From: an uncultured Pseudomonadota bacterium
GTDB lineage: Bacteria; Pseudomonadota; Alphaproteobacteria; Rhizobiales; Xanthobacteraceae
Length of the DNA stretch: 64,000 nucleotides
Reading direction: 5' to 3'
Assembly: GCA_963762485.1 (NCBI GenBank)
Contig: CAVXLE010000004.1
Location: forward strand, 112,483 to 176,482
Shown here piece after piece: positions 31,523 to 42,265 of the stretch. Below the pieces are notes generated by a model, which did no database searches, was not told the origin of the DNA, and was given only the letters and a program-made list of their open reading frames with translations. A program made the position numbers and the translations under genes. Every line of letters begins with the position of its first letter. The stretch's first letter is position 1.

Positions 31523-33604
31523 GTGACAAGAAATATGCTTCATGTGCAGCGACCGTTAGAATCTGACGACGACCGCGACAGTCGGGGTCAACGCGCGAAT
31601 TCAATAACTGCGTGTCCAAAATCGTCTTTTCGTGGCGATGTTGAAGGTCTCAGAGCGATCGCCGTCCTCGCCGTCATGGCGTTTCATTTTGGTAGTCAAT
31701 GGTTGACAGGCGGTTTCGTCGGCGTCGACATTTTCTTCGTCATCTCGGGATACCTGATCACCGGAATGCTGGTTTCGGAACTCGAGAAGAGTGGTCATAT
31801 AGACCTGCCCCGTTTCTACGGCAGAAGGGCCCGGCGTCTTCTCCCAGCGTTGCTTCTCGTCACCGTGGTGACGCTTGTTTGCGGGACGGTTATCCTATCA
31901 CCTCCCGAACAGATTTCGGCCGCGCGCGCCGCGCTCGCTTCATCACTATATGTCAGCAATTTCTGGTTTCTTTGGCAGTGGTTCGACTATTTTTCGCCAG
32001 AGAATGCCCACAATCCCTTCCTTCACACTTGGACCCTATCGGTCGAAGAGCAATTCTATCTTTTCTGGCCCGCACTGATCCTGCTGGTAGGTCGTTCAAA
32101 GCCCAATTCGCGTACACTCGCCATAACGATTATTCTTACAACGGCTATTTCCTTTATAATTTGCCTTTGGCTTACGAGTACTCGCCAAGCCTGGGCGTTC
32201 TACGCGTCTCCTACTCGCGCCTGGGAATTCGGGCTCGGCGCTCTGGCTTCGCTTACGCCAGTCACGCGCTGGGCTCGCAGCTCAAAATCGGCGCCGGCCA
32301 TCGGATGGATCGGCTTGGCGCTCGTGCTACTTTCATTCATCGTCGTAGATGAGGATATTCCCTTTCCAGGGCTTGCTGCCTTGTTGCCCTCAGCTGCCAC
32401 AGCTTGTGTGCTGGTTAGCGGCGCGAGCGGGAAACCCGTGGGCCCGATTCTGCTACTGCGGACCGCACCGTTCCAGTGGTTCGGCCGCCTCTCATACTCG
32501 ATCTATCTCTGGCACTGGCCAATTATTGTCTACGCGTCATTAGTTGATGCATCGCTATCCGTGTGGGGTCGTCTTGGATGCATAGCGCTCACGCTTGCAT
32601 GCGCTGCAGCAAGTTACCATGTTCTGGAGCATCCAATCCGGTTCAACGTCTGGCTCGCTGAACGTGCGGTACGGTCGGTGGGTATGGGTTTGTCTTTCTC
32701 GATGATAGGCGCCATTGCGGCAAGTGCTACAGGGTTTTTTGTTAACTGGTCAGTAGCATCGTCACTAACACAGCGGACGATATCCGACGTGACCTTGCGC
32801 CTCCCAGCCGCCGGCAGCCGAGGTTGTTTACTCGAGTTCACTCACAGCAGACCAGTAACGTGCGTTTTTGGGTCAGACGCGGCGCCGAAGACCATTGTTT
32901 TATTTGGAGACTCCCATGCCGACGAATGGTCAACACCTCTGGCATTTCTCGCCAGTGACGAGGGATGGCGTGTCGTAACCTACTTAAAGGCCTCATGTTC
33001 GGTCGCCGACATTCCAGTCTATAATAAACGCTTGCATCGCTTTTCGCCGGAATGTGCTTCGTGGCGCTCGCAAGCACTGGCTGAGATTGTCAAGCTTCGT
33101 CCAGCCGCAGTCGTGATCTTGGAGTTCTCAAGTTACTACGTTCGTGGTCCACTTACAGATCTCGGTGAGCATGCCGTCGATTTGACAACATGGTCTGCGG
33201 GACTAGAGCGCTCCTTGCGCACGCTTAACGCCGCTGGCATTCCAATCATCGTGGTGCGGGATAACCCGACACCCGGACGGAACATCCGGGAGTGTTTGTC
33301 GTATGCCGCATGGCATGGATTGCCGGAAACGCGTTGTGCAACTCCTCGCTTGGTCGCATTGAGTGATGCTGTGACAGTTGCGGAACACAACGTCGCGAAC
33401 GCAATTCCGGGCGTTCAATTCGTCGATTTTTCATCCAAATTCTGCGATCAAACGACCTGTCCAGCAGTTCGAGGAGGATTAATCGTCTACAGAGATGGTC
33501 ATCATCTCACAACAGGCTACGCCATGGCGCTCGCCGAGCCGCTCAGAGCGGCATTGCGTCCGGTTATTGACGGAGAAACCAAAGGCAGCAGCGCGAGCCG
33601 GTGA
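31523..33604 (+). CDS. OafA/OatA-type O-acyltransferase (AT3 plus SGNH domain)
   Basis: FRGDVEGLRAIAV, GFVGVDIFFVISGY, HTWTLSVEEQFY; SGNH motifs GDSHA and DGHH. Confidence 0.92.
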   Translation: MTRNMLHVQRPLESDDDRDSRGQRANSITACPKSSFRGDVEGLRAIAVLAVMAFHFGSQWLTGGFVGVDIFFVISGYLITGMLVSELEKSGHIDLPRFYGRRARRLLPALLLVTVVTLVCGTVILSPPEQISAARAALASSLYVSNFWFLWQWFDYFSPENAHNPFLHTWTLSVEEQFYLFWPALILLVGRSKPNSRTLAITIILTTAISFIICLWLTSTRQAWAFYASPTRAWEFGLGALASLTPVTRWARSSKSAPAIGWIGLALVLLSFIVVDEDIPFPGLAALLPSAATACVLVSGASGKPVGPILLLRTAPFQWFGRLSYSIYLWHWPIIVYASLVDASLSVWGRLGCIALTLACAAASYHVLEHPIRFNVWLAERAVRSVGMGLSFSMIGAIAASATGFFVNWSVASSLTQRTISDVTLRLPAAGSRGCLLEFTHSRPVTCVFGSDAAPKTIVLFGDSHADEWSTPLAFLASDEGWRVVTYLKASCSVADIPVYNKRLHRFSPECASWRSQALAEIVKLRPAAVVILEFSSYYVRGPLTDLGEHAVDLTTWSAGLERSLRTLNAAGIPIIVVRDNPTPGRNIRECLSYAAWHGLPETRCATPRLVALSDAVTVAEHNVANAIPGVQFVDFSSKFCDQTTCPAVRGGLIVYRDGHHLTTGYAMALAEPLRAALRPVIDGETKGSSASR

Positions 33605-33803
33605 CAGCCGAAAATATCTCTATGCGTTGCTACGACGTATTTTTTTGCGGCCGCGAGCAAAGTGCGGTCAGAGCTTATATCACTCCGTGAGAGCAGGGGG
33701 CTTGTAATCCGAAATATATTTTTCAACCGGGCAAAATTTGCGCAAGTTGGTACAGGGTTCGGAAGAATCTGATCACGCTGCTTGAGGATGAGCGAGTGAG
33801 CAA

Positions 33804-34592
33804 ATGCATTGGCTTTTTCGGACCCCACCAAAGAAAATATATCTGGCCCTGAAGAACAGGGTCTTGCCCAATCTCAAGTACCTCAAAAACGCGAAAATCA
33901 GGCAGTGTCGTTGTTGCGGTAAATTCTCAGTTTTCTTGCAATTTTCAGAAGGTGAAGAGTTCCGTTTTTGCATATCGTGTCGAGCAAATCTCCGGTACGA
34001 AATGTTGGCAGAGTACCTACGTACTCAGTACCCGCACATTAAATCGCTCAATGTATTAGAACTCGACCCAGATTCCCCGCTTCAGCCGATCTTGCGTGAA
34101 GCAAATACCTATGTCCGGACGTATTTCGATCCCGGTGTTGCAACAAATACCAAGAGAGCCGATGGCGCGCTAATGGCGGATATTACACGCCTACAATTCG
34201 CCAATGAATGTTTTGATATCATTGTCTCAAGTGAAGTACTGGAGCACGTGCCAGATCTTTATGCCGCATTTGACGAGGTCTATCGAGTGTTACGGCCCGG
34301 TGGCGTGCATATTTTTACTGTGCCTCCAGCGAAAACGACAAAGAAACTCGCTGCGGTCGAAAACGGAATAATCAAGCACCTAGTACATCCACCTGAATAC
34401 CATGGTGATCCCTTGGGAAAAGGCGGCATCCTCGCATTTTGGCACCTTGGCCCGGATTTTCCGCAATGGTTTTCCGAATGCGACCTCGAATTTGAAGTTG
34501 TGATGGGACCTGAAGGAAAAGACGAACGCATCATTTGGCGGGCCCGTCGCCTTGAGCATGCAAGCAGAGTTATGCCTCTCAAAGCTGGATAG
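33804..34592 (+). CDS. Class I SAM methyltransferase with an N-terminal Cys cluster
   Basis: CRCCG...CISC; FDIIVSSEVLEHV; RVLRPGG..IFTVP. Confidence 0.85.
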   Translation: MHWLFRTPPKKIYLALKNRVLPNLKYLKNAKIRQCRCCGKFSVFLQFSEGEEFRFCISCRANLRYEMLAEYLRTQYPHIKSLNVLELDPDSPLQPILREANTYVRTYFDPGVATNTKRADGALMADITRLQFANECFDIIVSSEVLEHVPDLYAAFDEVYRVLRPGGVHIFTVPPAKTTKKLAAVENGIIKHLVHPPEYHGDPLGKGGILAFWHLGPDFPQWFSECDLEFEVVMGPEGKDERIIWRARRLEHASRVMPLKAG

Positions 34593-34761
34593 CACGCGCA
34601 TCCAATTGGCACAGCGCCATCCTGGGTACGAAGCGTTCTGCCAATCTCTCTCAATTATCTTTTCGAGATTTGTTCGCACTGCTCAATTCGCCGAGCGTTA
34701 TGGAGCCTCACTCCGAGCGAATCAACCGTGGAATGTACATCTTTGGTTTTGGAGATCAGGC

Positions 34762-36246
34762 GTGGAAATTTTTGAACATAAATTGGCGAGTACATCGACG
34801 CGCCTTCGTGCCAGCATACGCTTTATGTTTATCCTGAGAGGCATCGGCCTTGCCGTGTCACTAGGGTCGAGTGTCATCTTAGCGCGCATTTTGCTGCCGC
34901 ATGAATTCGGCATTGCTGCTATGGCAGGATATACCCTTATGTTCTTCGCCGCGTTACGTGAATTCGGCATTACTGCAGCGACAATCCAACAAACCAAGAT
35001 TTCAGACGACGAATCAAGTGCCATATTCTGGTTCAATTCCTTTATGACGCTGACATTCACCGGTCTCACCATTGCGGCCGCGCCCCTAATTTCCGAGTTC
35101 TATGATGAGCCGATCATTAAGGACGTTCTTCTGGGACTTTGTATCGGGTTTGCACTTACTGGAATTTCCGCGCAGCACGCCGCTTTACTAAAACGAGAGC
35201 TCTACTTTGGATATGTGCTGATCGCCGAGGGTTCCGGCCTCATCTTTGGGTTTGTTGCCGCTGTCTTAGTAGCCCTTCAGCGCCATGATGTCTGGGCACT
35301 CGTTGCTATGAATCTCACGCAAGCATTGGTCAGCGGCACTCTCTCGATCGTTTTGTGTGGGTGGATACCAGGCTCTCCGGTGCACATGCTCAAACATAGA
35401 TCAGTTATACGATTCGGGGTCGGTGCCGTGCTCTACAGCGGCCTAAACTTTCTTACGAACAATGCAGCTGGAATACTGATCGGCCGCGCTTTTGGATCGG
35501 CCAGCTTGGGACAATACTCGCGCGCATGGCAGTTATACTCGATGCCCGGCAGCACGGTCGTTACGCCAATGCTGACTGTGATGTTTCCGTATTGGTGCCG
35601 CATAAGAGAACACGGAGACAGTTTAAAACAATCATATTTGCAGTTTATTCGCCGTTTAAGTCTTTTCTGGATTCCGGCTGCCTTTGCTCTGCCATTCATC
35701 AGCACCGATCTCATAAGGATATTGCTTGGCCCAAACTGGGAACTGGCGGGGGTCATACTTGGATGTCTCGCGCCCACTTTTGCCGCTCTGGGGATGGTTG
35801 CGCCATTTAGCCAGCTCATGCTCTGCCTTGGCCGCACTCGCGAGCTCAGAATATGGGCGATCATCGAACTAATTATTCGTGGTGGCGGGGCGGCTGCGGG
35901 TTGTCTAATCAGTCCTGTTGGCGCCGCGGTTGGCTTTAGTGCCGCGACGCTATTTGTCGCTGTCCCGATAATCATTCTTACAATCAATGTTTTCAGCGAT
36001 ATAAGTTGGAAAGATCAGCTTATGGCCGTTCTCCCTTCTTGGTTTGTCGCGCTCTCGACAATGGCGGCCGGGTCGATTGGTTATTTTCTTGTCGGGCCGA
36101 CGGAAACCAGGTCAGCACTGCTTTCGCTCACCATCAAAGTCGCTGCGCTTCTCATCGGTTGGCTTGCTATGACTTGGACAATTCCCCAAACTCGCAAAAT
36201 GCTGCTTGCTGCGGTTAAGCACGACTCATCAACCACCTTTCAATGA
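34762..36246 (+). CDS. wzx: Wzx-type polysaccharide flippase
   Basis: ILARILLPHEFG, EFGITAATIQ, LIGRAFGSASLGQYSRA; many TM; GGAG before in-frame GTG 34762. Confidence 0.88.
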   Translation: MEIFEHKLASTSTRLRASIRFMFILRGIGLAVSLGSSVILARILLPHEFGIAAMAGYTLMFFAALREFGITAATIQQTKISDDESSAIFWFNSFMTLTFTGLTIAAAPLISEFYDEPIIKDVLLGLCIGFALTGISAQHAALLKRELYFGYVLIAEGSGLIFGFVAAVLVALQRHDVWALVAMNLTQALVSGTLSIVLCGWIPGSPVHMLKHRSVIRFGVGAVLYSGLNFLTNNAAGILIGRAFGSASLGQYSRAWQLYSMPGSTVVTPMLTVMFPYWCRIREHGDSLKQSYLQFIRRLSLFWIPAAFALPFISTDLIRILLGPNWELAGVILGCLAPTFAALGMVAPFSQLMLCLGRTRELRIWAIIELIIRGGGAAAGCLISPVGAAVGFSAATLFVAVPIIILTINVFSDISWKDQLMAVLPSWFVALSTMAAGSIGYFLVGPTETRSALLSLTIKVAALLIGWLAMTWTIPQTRKMLLAAVKHDSSTTFQ

Positions 36247-36255
36247 AATGGCGCA

Positions 36256-36993
36256 ATGACACAAGCGAACTTGGAACAAATACTTAGACGCTCTATCGCT
36301 CACACGAAGACGATGTTATTCGGGCACAACGACCCCAGACCGGTTCCAGCGCTCGAGCCTGTATATCAACGTCTATTTGAAAGAGATCTTGAGACACTAA
36401 AAATCGAAAATCGATATTACGCAGTTGGTGCTGCGGCCAACTATGGGCTTCTTTACGTGATAGTCCGGGCCCTCAAAGAATTACGGTTTAATACCATCGT
36501 TGAGCTCGGTGCTGGACAAAGTACACTCCTCTTTGACGCGCTGGCTCGTGCAGGCCAAACGAATGCAGGCATTCTGACAATTGAACATGATCAAGATTGG
36601 GCACGGCACATAGCGTCAAAAGTAAAACATCGTGTGGTGAACGTTCAGCTCATCGAGAAGCGCGTCGGAAGGCATATTGTTCGTGGCTATGATCTCACCA
36701 ACGCGCTGGACATTGAGACTATCGACTTTCTGCTAATTGATGGCCCACCGAATTATCCCCCTCCGAATCGAAACTCAAGGTTAGGCGCGTTGGAACTGAT
36801 AAAACGAGTCAATAAGCAAGATTTTCTCATTATCGTAGATGACGCAGAAAGAGCAGGAGAGGCGCTGCTATCCAACGCGATTCGCACCGAGCTTAACCGC
36901 CAGGGAATTTCTTATCGAAAGGGCTCAGTTGTTTCCAATAAGCGTCAAGATGTATTTGCTGGTGGTAGATATATTTCCGCGGCCTTTTATTAG
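36256..36993 (+). CDS. Class I SAM methyltransferase-like protein
   Basis: IVELGAGQST, LLIDGPP, IIVDDAER. Confidence 0.75.
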   Translation: MTQANLEQILRRSIAHTKTMLFGHNDPRPVPALEPVYQRLFERDLETLKIENRYYAVGAAANYGLLYVIVRALKELRFNTIVELGAGQSTLLFDALARAGQTNAGILTIEHDQDWARHIASKVKHRVVNVQLIEKRVGRHIVRGYDLTNALDIETIDFLLIDGPPNYPPPNRNSRLGALELIKRVNKQDFLIIVDDAERAGEALLSNAIRTELNRQGISYRKGSVVSNKRQDVFAGGRYISAAFY

Positions 36994-37238
36994 GCTGCTG
37001 ATCCGTTATTGCTAAGAATCACAAGTATGCGAGGGCGGCTCAAGTCCGCTAAGCAGGCGAGAGGGCTACCAAAGCATTTCACCCAGAAACACCGAGGCAA
37101 TTGAAGTGTTTGTAAACAGCGATGGGCAGATGGCAAGCTTGTCGAATTGCCCGGCTGGGTAAATAGCTTCATTACAAGAACTGGTTTTCCACAAGCACAA
37201 TATACTCTTTCCATGATTGCACAGGTTGTGCGGGGTGC

Positions 37239-40205
37239 ATGAGAGTTTCTCGTAGAACATTGCTGGCCACGGCTGCTGCGTTCGGTTTATCTGGACGGGT
37301 TCGCGGTGTAACGCCGATCGAGCCAGAAATCGGCTTTCCGCTCGATAGCGGCATCGTCAATGTGAAAAATTATGGTGCGGTTGGTGATGGCATCACGGAC
37401 GACACCGCTGCCATCCTGGCCGCAATTGCCGCAATACCGATATACAACAAGTCGCACATTATGCGGACGACTATTGTCTATTTTCCAACCGGCACCTACT
37501 TGGTATCCGACACCATCATCCGAAAGACTGCCGACGCCGACCCGTACTATTCAAACCTACCGCTGTTTGGCGACGGTCGCACTCATACGAAAATCAAACT
37601 GGCCAACAACGCCAATAGGTTCGGTGATGCAGCCAAGCCGAAGCCTGTCATCCAAACTTGCTCGCATAATTATTTAGGATTGTTGGTTGCGAACGGCGGC
37701 GGCAATGAAGGATTTTTAAACTTCGTCGAGAACATGACTATCGATCTCGGGACAGGCAATCCCGGTGCGGTCGGCATCGACAATATTTCAAACAACACCG
37801 GTTCAATTCGCGACGTCGATATTGTCACGCATGGCGCAGCGTCAGCCGGCATCGCGATGCCTCGGGTGTTGATTGGTCCATGTCTGTATAGCGACGTGAA
37901 TATCAAGGGGCCGTTTGCTGTCGGCATGGACTTTACGCGAATGTTCTGCAACGTCGTTTTGGAAAATATCACCATTGATGGCGCAACCGGCTACGGCATC
38001 CGCAACCGTCAGACCGTTCTCAATTTCCACAATCTGCATATCAACATGGTGGGCGGCGTCGGCATTGCCAACATCGACCCTGATGCTTTGCCGAATGTGT
38101 GGGATAATGCCAATGAAGGTTTGATCGTTGGCCTTAACGGCACCATCACCGGCACCGGCACGGCGGCGCTCGTTAACACCGCATCAATCAATTTCAAGAA
38201 CGTCCGGGCCGTTGATTTTGTTGTTGGTGGCGTTCCGGTGATGGAAAGCTACGATGGTATCTATCACGGTCGTACGAAAGTTGGTGACCCGGAATGGTCA
38301 CTGCCCGTCAAATACCCGCCGGCCGCGCCTGCCATCTCAACATCGCAATGGACAAAGGTAACGGCCCCCGTTTTTCCGGCCGATGCTACCGCAGCGCTAC
38401 GAATGGCATTTGCGAATCCTAATGCAAGGATCGTTTATGTCCCGAATGGAATCTATAGATTTTCTCAAGCCATCGACGTAGCCGATAACATCGAGCGCAT
38501 CGAGGGCATGTTTTCGATTTTTATTAATGCAACGTCGGTGCCAAATACGCCAACCTTTCGCACAAGTCTGACCCGTACCAAGACACTGCATGTGCGTCAT
38601 TGCATTGGCGAAGCGGGCTATGTTGGTGCTGGCTCCAGCGGAGGATTGGTCCGTCACAGGTCACCAAATGCCAAACTTGTCATGCGGTCATGCACCGCGC
38701 TTGGCACGCCGATTGTGTGGCGTGAACCGAAGGCCGGTGAACTGTATTGTGAGGATGTCCAAGGAACGCACGCCTTTATATACGGCGCCGCCGGTGCGTG
38801 GTTTCGCCAGCTCAATTTGGAGATTGCTACCACAAAGATGACGATTGATGCCGCGCCGGTGTGGATATTGGGATACAAGACCGAGGCGTTGTCGACCGGC
38901 CTCGTCATCACTGGCGGTGCCAATGTTGAGATTGTTGGAGGGGTGAATTTCCCGGTCACGGGGTCTCTGGGGCAGGTCCCGCATATTATCAATACGGACA
39001 GTCGTTTGATCGCGTCCTACGCCGAAACCACCATCAACCCACCGCCGTTAACGCATTTTGAAACGCAGCTTCGCTCGACCATTCGCGGCGTCACATGGAA
39101 CGTGCCAGGAGGCAACCCATCTGTCTATCCCGCGCGTGGGCTGCGCGGGGGTTCGATGGTCGCCAGCATGTCGACTGACAAGCTGACTGCTATCAACGCG
39201 CCACCGATCATCAATCCTCTGCCCGGTTCGTTACCGATCATAAGTGGGCCAGGTGCCTTCACTCTAGATGCAAAAAACTTTTTCTCACCACTTGTGGCGT
39301 CGCCGGGCATCTGGACGGTTGCCGGGATGCTGGAGGGTGCACCGCCACCCGATAGCTACGCCTATCAATGGTATTTGGACGGCAAAGCAATTGTGGGAGA
39401 AACAAGTTCGACCTATACGCCTGTCAAATCCGATGTCGGACACGATTTGACGATCGGCGTAAAGGCGACCAACCGCTACGGCACCAGTAACAGCAAGGCT
39501 ACTAGCGCTGTTTTTAAGGTGTCCTTCAATGGAATTACGCTCTGGTTTGACGCCAGCGACACCGCGACCATCACGGTATCAGACGGCAAGGTCAGCCGGT
39601 GGAACGACAAAAGCGGCCACAACAATCACGCTACGCAACAGATCAACGCGCAAAGGCCGACTTTGCAAGCCGCAGCACAGAACGGTCTCAACACGGTGCG
39701 ATTTACTGCGTCGGCGCACCAATTCATGCACCTGACAACGTTGATTGATGTGGATGCAACTGGCTATACGGTCGTTTCCGTGCTGCGCAGGGCGGGACCA
39801 GGGGGCGCCGGTAGAACGGTGCTACTAGGCGGAACAACATCCACGGGTTATGTGACCTGGCTGATTGGCTCGCAGGGAGCGCAATTTCAAGCGAGCAGCT
39901 TCGGGCATTTCCTCTACGGTCCGCGCGGCGGATTAAACAGCACTGGATATAATCTTGTTAGTATCGATATGAAAGGCGCTGTTGGACACCTCTATCTCAA
40001 TGGCAGCAACCAAGACATGAAGGTTGGTGTGGGAAGTGTCGTTGTAGGCCCATCGCAATTCAGCACAGTCGGTCACGCCATGTTTACTGTCCCGACCTAC
40101 TGCAACGGTGAGATTGCAGAATTCCTGCTGTTCAAAGGCATTTTGCCGACAGCCGCGCGACAGGGGGTTGAGTCGTATCTCAAAGCGAAGTGGGCAACAC
40201 CCTAA
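37239..40205 (+). CDS. Tat-exported beta-helix glycoside hydrolase/lyase (pectate_lyase_3/GH55-like) with Ig-like and LamG-like C-terminal domains
   Basis: SRRTLL Tat motif; VNVKNYGAVGDGITDDTAAI...YFPTGTYLVSDT; second repeat DATAALR...YVPNGIY; YAYQWY...STYTP; LWFDASD...WNDKSG. Confidence 0.8.
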   Translation: MRVSRRTLLATAAAFGLSGRVRGVTPIEPEIGFPLDSGIVNVKNYGAVGDGITDDTAAILAAIAAIPIYNKSHIMRTTIVYFPTGTYLVSDTIIRKTADADPYYSNLPLFGDGRTHTKIKLANNANRFGDAAKPKPVIQTCSHNYLGLLVANGGGNEGFLNFVENMTIDLGTGNPGAVGIDNISNNTGSIRDVDIVTHGAASAGIAMPRVLIGPCLYSDVNIKGPFAVGMDFTRMFCNVVLENITIDGATGYGIRNRQTVLNFHNLHINMVGGVGIANIDPDALPNVWDNANEGLIVGLNGTITGTGTAALVNTASINFKNVRAVDFVVGGVPVMESYDGIYHGRTKVGDPEWSLPVKYPPAAPAISTSQWTKVTAPVFPADATAALRMAFANPNARIVYVPNGIYRFSQAIDVADNIERIEGMFSIFINATSVPNTPTFRTSLTRTKTLHVRHCIGEAGYVGAGSSGGLVRHRSPNAKLVMRSCTALGTPIVWREPKAGELYCEDVQGTHAFIYGAAGAWFRQLNLEIATTKMTIDAAPVWILGYKTEALSTGLVITGGANVEIVGGVNFPVTGSLGQVPHIINTDSRLIASYAETTINPPPLTHFETQLRSTIRGVTWNVPGGNPSVYPARGLRGGSMVASMSTDKLTAINAPPIINPLPGSLPIISGPGAFTLDAKNFFSPLVASPGIWTVAGMLEGAPPPDSYAYQWYLDGKAIVGETSSTYTPVKSDVGHDLTIGVKATNRYGTSNSKATSAVFKVSFNGITLWFDASDTATITVSDGKVSRWNDKSGHNNHATQQINAQRPTLQAAAQNGLNTVRFTASAHQFMHLTTLIDVDATGYTVVSVLRRAGPGGAGRTVLLGGTTSTGYVTWLIGSQGAQFQASSFGHFLYGPRGGLNSTGYNLVSIDMKGAVGHLYLNGSNQDMKVGVGSVVVGPSQFSTVGHAMFTVPTYCNGEIAEFLLFKGILPTAARQGVESYLKAKWATP

Positions 40206-40924
40206 AGCGCGAAACGAGACTTAAAGCATTCCCCTCTCATTGCCATCCACCTCCACAAATGTTGTCATTCCCGCGCCATCCAGCATCCGAAACATTTAAA
40301 TTATCGAGCATTTTGCTTCGGTATGTCGCGCGTTCTTCGCGACGATAACAATTAACTGTTAGCGCGGGCCGCCCAGCGCGGCCGTTTCTCTATAAGGCGG
40401 CATAATTATACCCGTAGCGCATCATCAGATCCGAACTCTCGTTAGCCTGCGCCGCTACACCAAGTGTCCGTCGCTATGCGTTCGTATACGTGTGCAAGAT
40501 AAAATTATCTCAGACTGCTCATCATTCGAACAACTGGTACCGGGGTGCGTGCATATTGTTGTCACCCCCGACAATGTCAAAACTAGACTTTTGTTCGGGA
40601 ACCGTTTCACGGTTTTCGTGTTCTATCCCGGTAGCGGGAATTAAATAAAACGTTCGGCGGGGCAGAAAAACTTCAGCAACTATTCGATTTAAAATCCAAG
40701 TTGTCTACGAGGTACCGCCCTAATGTTTTCGAAAAACTTCGCTACGGATGGAAAACGCGGGCGGCTGGTCTGGCTAGCGGCGGAAACAAAACTGTTATCG
40801 CACGCAATCGGATACACGAACCCGTCGGTGGAAACGTCTCTCGTTGCAGCAAGCGATAGTAGCCGGATTCTTTTCGCCTTGATCTCGGTTTGATGCGCAG
40901 GCCAACCACCTCGGGGAGACTTTA

Positions 40925-41899
40925 ATGCTACCGGAACGCGCTCAACGTCTGAATGCGGAACATGCATATGTTCGCGCGCCAACGGGCCGTCATGGTCCGT
41001 ACCGCTTTCCCCATTCGGCCACTTCGGTGACGGTGACGCCAGATGAATTGCTCGGTGTCATACTTGTAAACTATCGAACTCCGGACCTGACGGTGCGCTC
41101 CCTTGCATCAATCCTTAGACAGGGAATAGCCACGATTGAGCATATCGTGGTCATTGATAATAACTCGCGGGACGGCTCGGTTGGCCGCATTCGGAGAGCC
41201 TTTCCGAAATTGAAGGTCATTGCCTCCGACACGAACGGCGGATTCGGAGCTGGCGTGAACGTCGGCCTTAAGTGGCGTCACGAAAAGTATGTGCTTGTTC
41301 TCAATCCCGACACCTACTTTGAGAACAACAGCATCCTCAAAGTCATTTCCTACATGATGGAACACCCAGATACCGGCCTAGCGGGGTTGGATCTCGTGAA
41401 CAAAGATGGAAGCCGGCAATTTTCGGCGCGACGCTTCTATTCAATGCTGGACGTCGTCTCCCGACGTGTCGGGATAATCGGCAATCTGCTACGAAGCCGG
41501 ATGGACAGGCATCTTATGAAGGATGCCTGGAAAACGGACGAACCGTTTGATGCAGAGTGGATTATGGGAACCGGGTTTGTGGTCAATCGAAATCTAATCA
41601 CGGCATTAGGTGGGATGGACGAGACCTACTTCCTTTACATGGAAGATGTTGACTTGTGTGCGCGCGTCTGGAATGCGGGTTTTCGCGTCGTATGTATTCC
41701 TGGAGCACGGCTTGTCCACGATCATCAGAGGTCAAGCGCTGCCAATCCGTTTAGTTTCGCTGCGCGTCAGCACATAGTCAGCTTGCTAAAATTCGCCCAT
41801 CGGTTCACGGTGCCAATGTTTAGGCAACCCGGCGTCGAAAAGATTTGCCGATCCCACAAATACGAAGCGAGACATGCGTCACAAATGCCCAGGGCCTAG
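40925..41899 (+). CDS. Glycosyltransferase family 2 (WbbL/rhamnosyltransferase-like)
   Basis: VILVNY, IDNNSRDGS, NGGFGAGVN, LNPD, GGMDETYFLYMEDVDLC; true start probably downstream. Confidence 0.9.
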   Translation: MLPERAQRLNAEHAYVRAPTGRHGPYRFPHSATSVTVTPDELLGVILVNYRTPDLTVRSLASILRQGIATIEHIVVIDNNSRDGSVGRIRRAFPKLKVIASDTNGGFGAGVNVGLKWRHEKYVLVLNPDTYFENNSILKVISYMMEHPDTGLAGLDLVNKDGSRQFSARRFYSMLDVVSRRVGIIGNLLRSRMDRHLMKDAWKTDEPFDAEWIMGTGFVVNRNLITALGGMDETYFLYMEDVDLCARVWNAGFRVVCIPGARLVHDHQRSSAANPFSFAARQHIVSLLKFAHRFTVPMFRQPGVEKICRSHKYEARHASQMPRA

Positions 41900-42265
41900 G
41901 CGTCGGCGGAGGAGGTGCCGGCATTACACTTGCGCTCGAATTCAACGAAACTGATTTCCGGACCTCGCGATCGAAATTGGAGGAATCAAATCAGTCGAAG
42001 GTACGCGCGATTTTTATCGAGGCGAGAGTTGTGGCCTCCTTCCATACAGTTTCGGTGACTATCGCCGAAGCGGCTTCTTTGGCGGGAGCAGCAATGCTGG
42101 GGAGAATGGTACCGGGCTATATCAGCCTCCGCAGATTACTACATCGTTGCGGCAATCACTGAGCGGATCGTGGCCTTTCCGTATCAGTTAGATCACCACC
42201 GCCAAACAGGCCGAATTTCAGCATCGTCACAGAATGAGGCCAATTTGTTGGAATTCGAACGCCAG

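Noticed and set aside
40264-40279. GTCATTCCCGCG, resembling the start of an alphaproteobacterial palindromic repeat
   Set aside because: Only a half element, single copy.
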